Source: Phoronis australis
Lineage: Eukaryota > Animalia > Phoronida
Assembly (NCBI GenBank): GCA_002633005.1
Contig: NMRA01000255.1
Span: forward strand, 104,062 to 168,061
Direction: 5' to 3'
Length of the DNA stretch: 64,000 nt
Shown here: piece after piece, positions 1 through 13,200 of the stretch
How the letters are laid out: each line of letters begins with the position of its first letter
How positions within the stretch are numbered: position 1 is the first letter of the stretch
Translations under genes and position numbers: made by a program
Notes under the pieces: generated by a model
What the model saw: only the letters and a program-made list of their open reading frames with translations
Told to the model about the DNA's origin: nothing
Databases searched by the model: none

Positions 1-8
1 AACCTTAC

Positions 9-128
9 CTTTGTATGAGGTCGTGCTTACTTCCTCTCATAGAAGCACCCTTTTTACGCAATCTCAGATTCAGTTGGCGCGGCTGCAAGCCATTTCACCA
101 TGTATTTAAAGGGCTCGCGAAATCGAGG
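9..128 (-). pseudogene. SAP-domain-like exon (QLNLRLRKKGASMRGSKHDLIQR) with an in-frame TGA; gene or TE continues beyond the window
   Basis: ttaacag acceptor and ag|gtaagg donor; translation resembles the SAP consensus L...LR..G....G.K..LI.R. Confidence 0.35.
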
Positions 129-799
129 CTGTTAATCTATCACCACTAGTACACGCACGCCCTCTAGTTATTGAAGATTTTCCGAATAGCCCCATTATGG
201 ATTAATTTCATTATTTCACAAACTTCTTTATAACACTGAATGACTAGCTCAAAAACTTAATAATGTGACAAATATTAATGGAAATTAAGAAGTATTCAAA
301 GTTGAGCCACGAAGACATAAACAATGTGAGGACCACCGTCCCCAACAATGTACCCATTGTCAGTACCGCTTTTGGAAGACGGAGGCATTAGGCGAGTTCG
401 TGAGATCTAACCCCAGCCCATTGTAAGCGACAACTCTTCTAGTAAACGAAAAAATTGTCGCAGCTGGTTTTAGGCCTTTCTAATACCAACCAGCCTGTGG
501 GAGACTCGCTCTGATACAGTTATGGAATCTTACTAGCATAGGTCTGAGTAGTCGGTATAACAACCCTTAAACAGGGTTGGAAGTCGGTATATCGAATCCG
601 AAAGTGTAGAATTCAGTCATACCCTAGGCCTACATATCACACTCAAAAAGCACATCAATTAACATGCACACGTCGAAATTACGATCACATGGAGACATTT
701 GTCTGAAGAAATCAATACGACGAATGCAACTGCTCGGAAATCAAATATCTTAAACTCACTCGAAGTTTCGACGTTTTAGCATTTTCTTGTCACTCCGCC

Positions 800-966
800 A
801 TTTGCACTTTTCACCTAGCGAGGAAGTCGCAAACTAAATCATTCACTAGGCTCATTGGCTGTACTAATTATAATAGGACGTCATTAGGCCAACGTCTGAC
901 ACTGCAAATGGCAGACCATTTGATTCGTCGTTGTTAGAAAAAGAAAAAGAGGAGAAATGTAACCGG
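800..966 (+). promoter_or_regulatory. Putative promoter and non-coding first exon of the GLUT gene (possibly bidirectional)
   Basis: ATTGG (CCAAT box), GGAAGT and GACGTCA motifs; donor cgg|gtaaga at 966/967 and strong acceptor at 1263; a minus-strand donor (gtgagt) at 759. Confidence 0.4.
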
Positions 967-1282
967 GTAAGAACGTTTATGGTTCTCTAAATATCCCAAA
1001 GGGGTTTGATTTGGTTAGTTCTAGCACACGTAATACGCTTTCCCCGAGTCTATTGATTTATGTTCATTTCACAAATTTGCGAAAAAATTCGACCATCCTT
1101 CAGGTCTGTTTGAGTTGAGTATTTGTTGGGGTCTAGCCTATAAAATTTGCAGAAATCATCAATGTACAATGAAATGTATGATTGGTCGATTATGAAAAGC
1201 GTTTTATTATTTGACATGGAAATTTCTCCACACTACATTAACATTTTTTTTTTAATTTTGCAGAAGATATCTACAAGTTGAT

Positions 1283-4200
1283 ATGTATTCTACATCAGTG
1301 TTTGCCAGCCTACAAATTTCAAAATGGAATGTCCTCAAAGTATTTCCAGACCTCTGGGGGTTGTAAACAAGAAGATCCCGTGTCTCTGTATTTATTTTTC
1401 CTCTGTGTAGAAATTGTGTGATTAGAGACTAGATTTAACTGTAATATTAAAGATATCAAAATCATTAACACTCCTCAAATTAAAATCTTGCAGTATCCGG
1501 ACAACAGTCATGATTATGGATGGGTCAGAATACTCACTTAGATGTACTTTAAACTTAATTCTATGACTATGCGAAATTTTCAAGTCAAATATCGAAAAAG
1601 GTCGATGTGTTTGGATTGGTTCCAGGAAACATTGAGATGTCACTTTATGCAAGAAAAGAAATTTAAAAATGGAGTATTGGAACAAGTAGCGTGCTGGGAG
1701 ATACATATGGTGTAGACATAGAAAATGTAAAACTCCGTTGAAGAAGAGAAGGAAATGAATAGGACATTGAATGCCTAGGCTAAGCGTAATCTTACCCCAT
1801 TACCAAAGTGTAATCATTTGTTTATTCTCTAGCTTACATTGGAAATTTAGGTAAAACTTTAAACTTTATTCGGGGGTAAAAATGATAGAATAGCTAGAAA
1901 AGCTATGACCAAAATTATGATGGTAGTGGATGTAGAGTAGTCCACTTGGCATCTTACATAAAGGCACTGAAACTTGCAAGGATAGAAACTGAAACATTTT
2001 GGAAAAATAAGTCTTTTTTGGTGTCTCGAATATGATTGTTGTAATGCTATCTGTTCTCAAATAAGTTTTGTCTTGAAATATTTTCCGTCTTGAAAGAATT
2101 TGTCAGGTAACCCAGATAACATCAGCTCACTCAGATCCAATAAACGTGGTAATACTTTTAAACCCAAGAGCCCTTCGGCCAAGAACAGATTTAAATTGAA
2201 CTACTGAGGTTTACATCACACAATTCAAATTTACAAGCAAGTTATATGCCCAAAGAATCAGTGATAATTGTCATGTGTCCCAATTTTGCATGATTTTCTC
2301 GGGTGCGTACAGTTGTTTAAAATTCATATCGCCCTTATTTTGCAGAAAGTAACCAAATGTTTGGTAGGCTCAGTTTTCTTCGCAACCATTGGAACATCTT
2401 TTCTGTTTGGTTACAACATCGGTGTTTTGAACAACCTCGAACTGGTAAGTACTGCTCCACTTCAGAAGAAAACATAATTTATTCATAACTTATTCAAAAT
2501 AATAACAACTTAACAGCGACTACTTCGATTTCATGGCAAGAAGCCCATATCAGGAAAAATTAAAGGTCTTCATTTGGTCTGAAATCGAACTATATTATGA
2601 CTTGATGATTCTTTGCCAACTCCAAGTTCTCCGTATGCGAGTTGAGAACCGATAAAGCACTTTGCGAGCACAAATTGACTTACGTTCTGAATTACGAGTC
2701 ACAGCAATTTTTGCACCTGCATATCAATGTGAGACTTTACTACAATCCAAGTCCAAATTTTCCTAATAGCGTAAGTTGTTCCAGAGAAATATGCTACGTG
2801 CAGTGAAAAGGGCGCACGTTCTGATTGACTAAGTGTTTGGGTTTACCTTAGTGATATTAGTCTTCAAATAGGTCTGTATAACTTAGATTTGTGACAGATC
2901 AGCGTGCAGAAGGACCACAGGAAGTGCGAGGTGAAGCCGCGTCGTAAATTGGTGACGGATCAGGGACCAGACTTTGTCTAAGTTGAATTTAGTAAACATT
3001 ATCATTTACAGTCCTTCGTTCAAACAAGAAGTTTCGAAAATCTGACAAGGTGGATTGTGTACAGTCAAACGAGATTGTAGACAAGGCATCGTCAAATTTT
3101 CAAAACTATTATTTGAAGTTTTATTTGTTTGTGTGTCCCATTTTTCGTTTTCACAGCCAACTTACTGAGGGTGACCTCGAGCAATGTTAAAATACCAGTT
3201 CTTGCCAAAACCAGGAATCACTGGGCGAGGAAAACTTTAGAAGTCTTTTATAATTTTACGAATAAGTGGGTTGTAGCAACTTCAAACTGACGCTTGGTTT
3301 TCGTTGGATAACATCCAAAGAGCCATTCAAACATGCAGTTATATTGAAATCGCATGTCCATGTTTGAAATCAACAAGATGTAACCATGCTAAAATCAAAG
3401 CAACCTCTATAACTCCACACTCCCCAATTCCATGCTATAATTTCAACTTAAATATCACTGGTTAAACATCCAATGTCCGTTGCATCAGAATTAACTGCCT
3501 CTAAGAAGCCATCCTCGATCTCGTCAGTTAAAGGCCGTTACTTGTTATTAGAAAATGCTCACGAGACTGGGTGAAGTTTTATAAAAGTGTTAACGCCCGG
3601 TCCTTTAACGAATTCATAAAATTTAAACCATTGATGTTTTTTGTGTGGCGTTGCAAGTTGAATAATCTTTTAAACTTACAATTCAAGCCTATCCGGGAGC
3701 ACATTATGGATGACTGGGACATGAGAAACCAGACCAAAGAATCCGTGTCGTTCGTGTTTTCAACCGTACAGGCTATTTGGACAGGTCTCGGTATGGCAGG
3801 GGCATTCTCTACAAGTCTCGTGTTAAAACTTGGGAGGTTCGTATGTTTGATTAAACGTAGTGCTCATCGCTGGGCTAAAGGTCGTGCAAGAGCACATCAC
3901 GTACAACAGATATTTCAGTGAAAAATTGGAATCAGTTATTACCCGTTTCTGTCAAAACGACGAGGGATGAAAATCAACGAATAATACAACAGGCAAGTAA
4001 AGCCAACAGGCTTGGGTAAGCCGTGAGCAGATAATAAACGAGAGCTTTTTGAGGTTGGTATTCTGATCCCGCGTATACTAAGTGAACAACCTGGGTATGT
4101 TTGAAAATTGCGTGCAAGGTCTGACTGATTATTATTTTAAATAACTTATTGTTATTAAAATGGCATAGGAAAAAGATCAATTTTGGGCTTTAAAAGAGGG

Positions 4201-7200
4201 GCTTCCTATATCAATATAGGGTCCCCGCTGTTGGACCGCCTTCGTGCAAGAAGGGCCCCCGCTCCTTGTGTTGGGAAATCTATACTAATACAGATTTCCA
4301 TGATCTTCCGCTGCCTTCGGGTGTCTATCTTTGGCTGCTTTCACACAGGCAACCTATATTAATGTAGGGCCGCGGCCAGAAGGCATCTGAAGAGCAGAGC
4401 ATCCTATCGCAATAGAGTGCCACAACTAAAAGATGGGTTCCTCTATAAAAATATAGGCTTCCATGCCCAAAGTGGCTAAAGAGCGGATGAGTATATACTT
4501 ATACACAGGACACAAAACAGAGAGCAGAGCTCCCTCTATTAACATAGGAGCCCCGCGCAAAGGCAACTGCACCCAAAGAGCGGGCCTCTATATCTGCGTT
4601 CATGTACATGTAGGTATCCCATTCTTCGGTCGCTTTTTGGTGGGCCACCCTGTTCGCTTTTTTATCATGACGTCGTTTTGACGCCGGTATCCAGTCAATA
4701 AAACCAAAATGCCAAAATTAAAAACAATGATAATAAGTAGGCCACATTTATGGAGCGCTGTATATTACTAAGCACTTCGAAAATTATTACCTAGTTACGG
4801 ACCATGACAATCTTAATTAATTAAGTCGCCAGAAGCATGCAGTGGGTACAACTGATGTCGAACCACACCCAAACACACATGGTTTTGTAAAAATTTCAAG
4901 TTTTAAATTGCCCCACGTAGTTATATGAATTGGAAAAAATAAAAAAATAACTGCAAAATTTCCAAAAATGTGATGTGATGGGATTCCTATTCATTTTGTG
5001 GGTCCAAATCATGTTAAGGTGGTGGTAAATACGCCATTACTGAACATCCGAATATTACCCACTTTTCAGGCTCGAAAATTAATTTTCTTCCGGCGTCATT
5101 TTGATTAGAATAAATCAGTTAATATAAGAAGCTGTTGTCGGTGCTTAATCTTTACACGTAACTAACGCTAGGGCTAGTTGATTAACAGCTAGGGTTAACG
5201 ACGGCCCGCCTCTAACTGGGTCTGGATGGTCTTTAACGAGGATCGTCTGCCTCGATCTCTTGAGGGAGGTAATAGTGGTAGAATTACCTTGATGGCAAAT
5301 TCTTCACAGAATTGTGAGTTTACTCATGATTGTGGATTATTTCAGGAAAAAAGCAATACTGGCGAACTGCTTGGTCATGCTGATTGGTATAGCCTTCGAG
5401 TCCGTAACGCTGTTAGCGAAGCAACCTACTTTGTTAATACTTGGAAGGGCTGTCGTGGGATTTGCATGCGGTACGTTTTAACGGCGGAAATTGAACAACA
5501 AAACTAAGGATACAAAACGCTTGTTCCCAGCAAAACTTTGAGTTTTTATATTACATTTGGCTTCAATTTGTTTCTGGTCAATGACCGTGACCAGTTTCTC
5601 TTCCGGCAACTACCTTGAGGGCTAAGCCTGGCTGGAAGGTACACGTGAATAACAAATTCACATCATAAATGACTAGTGTCTTGTCCTCCCACTCACGTGT
5701 ACCCCCAGGCTTAGCAGTCAATGTAGTTGAAGAGAAACTGGTCACGGATCCGTTCTTCATTCACAGCACGAGCATTTCAATAAATAATCTTTCGGATTTA
5801 TTGAGAATGTCCAACACAAAAGGAATTTCTACCGTCAAAAGAATGGCTACGGTATGAGTTCACTGGTCTCGCCAGTCACCGCTAATTCATACATGGAGAA
5901 CTTTGAAGCTCATGTATTGAGGTAGTACTCCGAGTTGAAACCTTCCATTTGCTACCCTTATGTGGACGGTAATTTTGTTGTAAGTAAACGCTCAAAAATG
6001 GACAATTTTTAATACAACCTCGAAGACCCATGTATTAAATTTATGCAAGAATCTATGGTGGATTGCGCCAATGCTGTTGACTCTCTTCAGGCCACAGTAT
6101 TTGGTAAGCCTACTGACGCAGATCAATACCAAACTTTCATCATTTACTGGAGCCAAAGCATGATGTTATTCGCACTCTAATTAATAGATCAGAGTGCATA
6201 GTTACACCACCTTATAGAGAAAGAAGAAGAGAAGTTACATTAAAGTCGTGCTCTTACTAAGTGTGGTTACCTTTAATGGTTGAGACAACTCTTAGTGCAA
6301 CCTAACAACAAAGAGAAGAAAGGTCTCAGTAGTGGTGAAGTTTATGGTATTCAATGTGAGGAAGAACAATGTGATCAGTGCTATGTAGGTGAGAATAAGC
6401 ATACCCTCAAGAAAAGCATGTATCAACATACAAAAGCTGCTGCAAAAGGCACAACCACTTGCATGACTCGGGACATGAGTTTGGTAATGAAAAAGTTGTC
6501 TTGAAATCTAGTGCAGAAAACAGAACTGGTTACAGAAGGAAGTATAGGAAGTTATTTATATTCAAGCCATAACATCCTAAGTGGAGTAAGATACAAACTG
6601 TCCTGAGCATGGAATCATAGACTATAGACAACAGATTCGCCCCTCCGACATTTTCTTGTGTAATATTCTAGAGGATGCGCTATCCTCTAAACATAGCAAA
6701 CTCAGCTTCCCGTTTGGTTATTGTGACGGGGAATACTTGCATCTAATTTACTGTCCAGTAAAACGAAAAAGAAAATAAATTCGGCATTGAAACGCTGTTC
6801 AAAATCTTTCAATAGTAGAACTCTTGGAATTGTGAGTACTTTTGGTACCCGACCACACCACAGACTATAGATAGGGACTGCCAACTCCCGTTAGAGCGCG
6901 TTGCGCTTGTCGCGGACCACGGGACATAAGCACTAACGATGATAGGGCGCTGTACACACAGGATAGAAAACTTCCAGTTTTACGGAGCGGTCGTTCCCTC
7001 GTTTCAAGATTTGGTAAAGTAATGAGTCGAATTGCTTGATTTTTTGGAGTTTTTAAGACTTGTAAAAATAAAATGCGTATACTGTTCTCTGTCATGTCGT
7101 TTAAAATATTCACAAGATAATTCAGACATGTTATGAGTTATTAATGCCAGAAACGTCTTCGGCTGATTTTCCCGTGTTTACACTTACACAGTCGCATCAG

Positions 7201-10200
7201 CTGATTTTTTGTTGTAATTAGTATTGATGTTTGTTTAAATTGAGTAGCGTGCGAATCAGCTCATATAACCAACAAAAACGAAGTTGTAACAATGTTACAC
7301 AATAAATATTTGTAATTCACACAGCTTTGTTCCAGGGGGAAGGGCCAAAGGCTAACTGACATTGACATATCATTTGCAAAACTTGAGTGTCAAAAAGTTG
7401 TGTGTCAAAAACTTGCTGTCATTACTATCATAGGCCAAACGTACATTGTAAGGCAACTTCTAAACATAGCTACGATATACAAAATTGGTTCGATACATGA
7501 CACTTGTTGCTGTTAACAGTCTTTATTCCATTCCGTTCGTATCGTCAGAACATTGGTAAAGAAACTGACCAAGAAACGACAAACGATCTTTCGAAAATAC
7601 TTGTTTCATCAAGTGGAAATAAAATGACACAGTAATACCACCACAGAGCAAAAGCTAGTCAAATATGCAGTGGTACACAGCAGGTGTGAAATACTGCAAA
7701 GACTGACAAATGGAGGTGGTAACAAGAATGTCGCGCCAACTAGTGCATGCATGACCGTTTGCTGTTCATTCAAAACGGGCTTCGTGAATGTAATCAAAAG
7801 GGACTCCCAATACTTTCAATAGCAGCACATCATGCTCTCCATGTCGACTGAGCTGACGTATTCTCCACAGTTTCTTAACGGGTGATACTTATGATTATGA
7901 AGGTGGGCATGCTCATTAAGACCAAATGTCTAATGTATTTCTCTCTTTCAGTGTCTGAACATCCTCTAAATGTTACAAATACATAGAATATCTATAAAGT
8001 AATATGGAACGAAGAGTTGTATCTGGAACGTGATTTTGTGAAAGTGAACTCTTCCCCAATGACTCTTCTATGGCTTTTTAACAAAAAAATGAGCTAATTT
8101 TCAGTATTGCATTGAGCGTGAATGTTTAATTGCCACAACAGAATCAGTTCCACTATTGAGTAGTGGAGATAACCAGTGAATTGAAGAAGTCAAAATTTTG
8201 AAGGACCAGTTGGCACTGCAATTTTCTTTAGGATTTTGTGACGCCAACAGATATTCAACCTTTCGAAAGGAAACTTGTATAGTATATTTTTTATAAATTA
8301 AGTTTTTGTACTTTATACTTAGTGAAGGGAATTCAGTTTTAAGTGTTATATTTTTGCCTGCAGAAGAACAAAGTTGTAACATGAAATGAAACCACCAACT
8401 GAAACAAAATACCACAAAATTTGAAACAGAGAACATGAGAAGGAAAGACTCAGGTTATGAAAGATGTTCTGTCAGCCTTATTTTTAGTGGTTATAAGCAC
8501 ACACAAAATAGACATTTTTTATTTCTTTATTTTCCCATTTCCAATGAGTAAGTAAACGGGGTCTGAGATTCCCTTGCCTTGCTTTACAATTGTTAAGTGA
8601 AAATGGCAACACGAATATACAATGGACAAACAGGAAAAAACATAACAACATTACATAAAGTCAGTGTTGCATACATTTCTGAGAAGGAATACAAAAACAC
8701 CCTTTGCATACTGTTTTGCAAAATAGAGCTGTCAGAGCAAAGCAAAATACAAATTTCATCAGAAACATTTCAATAGTCTAAAATGGTAGCTTTAGACATG
8801 CCATTAATATATATATATATAAATTGTTTTGGCGGCTCTCGAGCTATTTAATTTTTACAGCCTCAGAAATACCCTTTTTTTCAGCAAATAGCACCCAAAA
8901 ATTTCAGGCCACAAAAATATTAAGTTTAGACAACTATATTTGGGAATCCATAGCTTACTGTATTGCTAAAACAAGATGGAGAGTCCTTTACAAGTAGGTT
9001 AACAACATGACATCGTCACCAAACCACTTTTAAACGACAAAACACTTCAAGAACTACCATGGTTCGGTGAAAATATTTCTTTTGTTCCAAAATATTTTAA
9101 AACAATTCTAAAAATGAAATTGGTGTAACAAATGAATTCAAATATAGCAAACAACCAGAAACCTAGTTTTTTCAAAGTATTTCATCAATTATTCAAAAAT
9201 CTTTGAGGTGATATGAATTATTCTTTCTTCCCCAAGTAAGATCAATGTTTTCACAATCTTAAGTTATGCACCATATGATAAAAATGATCATGTGCATTTT
9301 TAATTAAACAAAATTAAACTGGACAATAAAATTTCAAGGGAATTTAAATCAATTTCATTCCTGTCAAGTAATATAGGAATTGAGAGGCGTTGTGTTAGTG
9401 ACCATCCAAAAAGAGCATACTCGTATTCTAAACGGTGTTGATGCACTGCAGCCTTGAATAAACAATTATTTTAATGCAAAATATAATTGCTTAAAAATGA
9501 AACTAATCACAGCAACACCACAAGGTAGAAAACGTGTAACAAAATTATTTTTGAAGAAAATAGACTGAACCTATCCCCAAAACTGAAGTTAAATTGAATT
9601 TTAAAAATACTCTGTACTGTTTAAATGAAAATATTTCACCAATTTGGGTCACTTTATGTAATTTAGGTAAGTTTTGACTGGTTCTGTTTAATCTATTTGA
9701 CCAATCAAATTTGAGTTCAGTTTTAACCCTGAAAAGATCAGCACGGTTCTTGAAAAATGACTGAATTTACCTTTTTTGGAAGTATTGTTAAATGGAAATG
9801 GTGAGATGAAGTGAAAAAAATTGATGACGAATGGATTAGGACACGATAGTAATTGTTACGTTTAGAGTACATTTGCAGGATTTTTCCTGGTTAGAAATTG
9901 ACAAGGCATTAAATTAAAAAACTACATTTTCCCATACTTTTATCAAAAAAGAAACAAATTAAAATGTATACTTTAATAGATTTTTTTAGCAAACAGTTTG
10001 ACATCAAAAGCGGATTTAGAGGGGGGGCCAAGAGGGCTACACCCCCCCTAAAATTCCCTCAGATTCCATTTGGCAGATCGAGAGTGCCAATGTCTGAATG
10101 ACAAAATCCTGGCTAATACTCTTCTCTGGTTCCCCTAACACAAAATCCTGGATCCGCCCCTGAATAAACATATCATTAAAATCGGTTCAGTAATGGCCAT

Positions 10201-13200
10201 TTAGCAACTGAAAAATTTATCCCCTTCTCAAGTGCTGCAGTACTTCGATTTTTAAAAATATTCATGAATGCCCCCATTTGTTGAAACGGATATCAATATA
10301 AAGAAGAAAGTCTAAACATTTCGCAGGCATACTTTTCATTTTCCACCACTTTTCATGCTAATATATATGAGCTTCTGAAAATCATGAAAAATGGAAAAAT
10401 TTCGCTCTTGCTGAATTTTGGATATATTGGTAAACCATGGCTTATGTATTGTAGACGTAGTGACGAATGCGAAACTACATTTAGATCGAGCCAAAATTCA
10501 TACAAAATCACAAACTTCAAACTAAATTTCATCGTAAACGACTGAGAATTCAACTAGTGAAAAGAATTATCCACTTAGCTCAACCTTTTCATTGGGCCAA
10601 ACTTCTCGATTCGTGTGTTGAACTGTGGCAGCAGGCGGGCCTATCAACAACAACTTGTCAAGTTATTTCCGATACGTTTCGTAGCAATAATCCGACTTGA
10701 ATGGCTCGCATACGCAATTTAGTTTGCATTAAACACAACAAATTAATTTCAAACTCAAAAAATTTGCTTGACGTACGCGAAATAAAAACCAAAGTTCATC
10801 TTCGTTACAATGCTTAGCCGTGAGACCAGAAGTTTGAATCCTGCTCACATACTTTTGCGTTAGGCCACGAGACTTCACGGAGTCGCGAATCTCTTTACTA
10901 ATATCTATGACCACACAACAGCCGACCAAGATTAGCAGACGACATACTTGCCGGAAGTAAAACGTGCTATGTCTGCTAAGTGTCGCTAGTGAATAGTGAC
11001 GTCACGACTTATGCGTAAGATCCCAGATTTCGTCCATTGAATATATACGGAGTTGGCGGTCCATGTACAATTATAGTCCATGATGGAACGAAAGAATAGA
11101 CAAACAAGTTCTCACGTTACTAGAGTTCCCGCCACTAACATTTTACATCAACCCATCGAAGAGAGATGAGAGGTCTTTCAGTATAAGGAATATAGGCAAA
11201 CTAGTCCTAAAGTCGGGTTTCCTGGTATTAAGATACTGAAAACTTGTAACGAAATGAAACCAGTCCCGATTGTTAAGACATGTACGCCGGTGAAAGAGAA
11301 GAAAAGTCTACTGAAGAATCGGGAATATTGGCCAATAAGTGATGCAATGGCGCCGAAAAGACCCCACCACAATTTTAGCAGAAAAATAACGGTAAATACT
11401 AGTTTACGCAAGGAAAATGAGTGAGTGAAATTAAGCCGACGGACTGACGTCATCCCGGTCGTTGAGCCGACGGACTGACGCCACCTAGGCCAGTACGAAA
11501 CTGGCCACCCTCCCTCCCCGTCCGCAAACATGGCCCGCGAGAAAAAAGTAGAACACCTCGAATCTAAATAGGGTGCCCGTGTTTTACCTGAGACCAAAGA
11601 GTTGACGAAACAGGCGCGACGAAGGTCTGTAGTGGAGCGGGGAAGACGGAGTTTGAGCGATCGATATTTTATATAATACATATTCAGTCCATCCGACAGG
11701 TATTGTTATTAATATAACACGCTATTATTTGTATATCATGTATATGTTGGTCACAAGTGCACGGAATCCAGAAACTCCCGATTTCGAGCCCCGGTAGGGA
11801 AATCTTTACAAGTTTAAGTATTTGCTGCCCCGTGGTGTGAGCAATATCAACGGGATGATTTATAATAGCACTTTCGTGAACACGTAAAATGTTTGATCAC
11901 TCAATCCTTTGAGATAAATGTGTACGAAAATGTGTGCGACATCAAAAATATTTTCTAACAAGAAAGGGTCACAATGAACCAGGCGTGTTCACAATGGCCA
12001 CACTGGATATAAAGTACTACTCTAGCTCTACCACAGTGATAGCAGGGGAGCATCCATGATTTTGAGTTGAGGTGGGGCCAAGGTAGGGTATTAGTCAGGA
12101 TTTTGCCTGTCAGATATTCGAACCCCCGAACTTCCAAATGGAATCTGGGAGAATTTAAGGGGAACCTTTTTGCCCCCCCCCCCCTAAATCCGCCACTGAT
12201 AAGTAATTTGGGATGTGAAACTTATAAGTACCGGAGTCTGAGACGTTACGCAGTGGTCGGTGTGTAATTTCAGGGTTGAATGTGGGACTGGTCAACGTCT
12301 TCCTGCCTGAGATTTCATTCAAGAGCGTGCGCGGCGCTGTGTCGGCTTGTCATCAATTGCAGACTACTTTTGGCATTTTATTCGCTCAGATTATGACTCT
12401 AACACCTCTGTTTGGTAAGCATTACAACCCCAATCACTATGTTACAGCATCTAAGCATTCCATATTTATTTGACTCTGGTTTGTTTCAGTCTTTCAACAT
12501 TTCAAGGGCACTCAACAATACAGTTTTCAAACATGTTACTTTTGAATAGCCAAAGCATCTTACCCTGGGCTTACCCATGCTCACGTAGCATGTATGAATT
12601 TTGGAACTAGGTCTCGTGTGTATTTACTCTGTTATGTTTGGAGCAGAAGGCCAATTTTTTGGTTGAAATTGCCAAGTCTTACAGCATGTACTCGCGTCTT
12701 TGTCAAGGTCGATTGTTAGCTCCATGGAATTTTGCAAGATTTCATCGCACACAAAGCACAATCAACTAACGTAGTCACTCATTTTACAGGACATACAAGA
12801 AGGTGGCCGTATGCTTTCGCTGTGTCGTGCATTGGGTCTGTGCTGACAATGATTTGTTTGCCATTCTTCCCGGACAGTCCGAGGTATCTTCTGCTTTCCA
12901 AAAAAGATAAAGATGGAGCTCTAAAGGGTATTTCTTTTCATCCCAGGCATCTAAGAACTTTATTGTGATAACCAAATTGTCACCTGTCACAGCCAGAAAG
13001 CAACCTACTGGCGTAACTATACCCACTCGATTATTGACAGAGTATTTTTTAAGCGTATCGTATTTAACTGGTAAAGCCACAGGCCTTGATTTCAGCGACT
13101 GTCTGGCAAACATCGGCAAGAATTGGTGATTTGTAGTAAGATCACAACAATGCAACGGGTTATATTGTTTTAGAGCTTTGATCAAAGTTAACATTTTCAA

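Noticed and set aside
7500-9900. Possible decayed transposase in GLUT intron 4
   Set aside because: Coding-like composition in places, but no diagnostic motif could be read with confidence.
10810-10850. tRNA/SINE-like T-loop (gtttgaatcc)
   Set aside because: No A box or cloverleaf could be built.
11178-11681. 167-aa minus-strand ORF and a short GCCGACGGACTGACG duplication in GLUT intron 4
   Set aside because: No recognisable motifs on either strand; probably an unclassified TE fragment.
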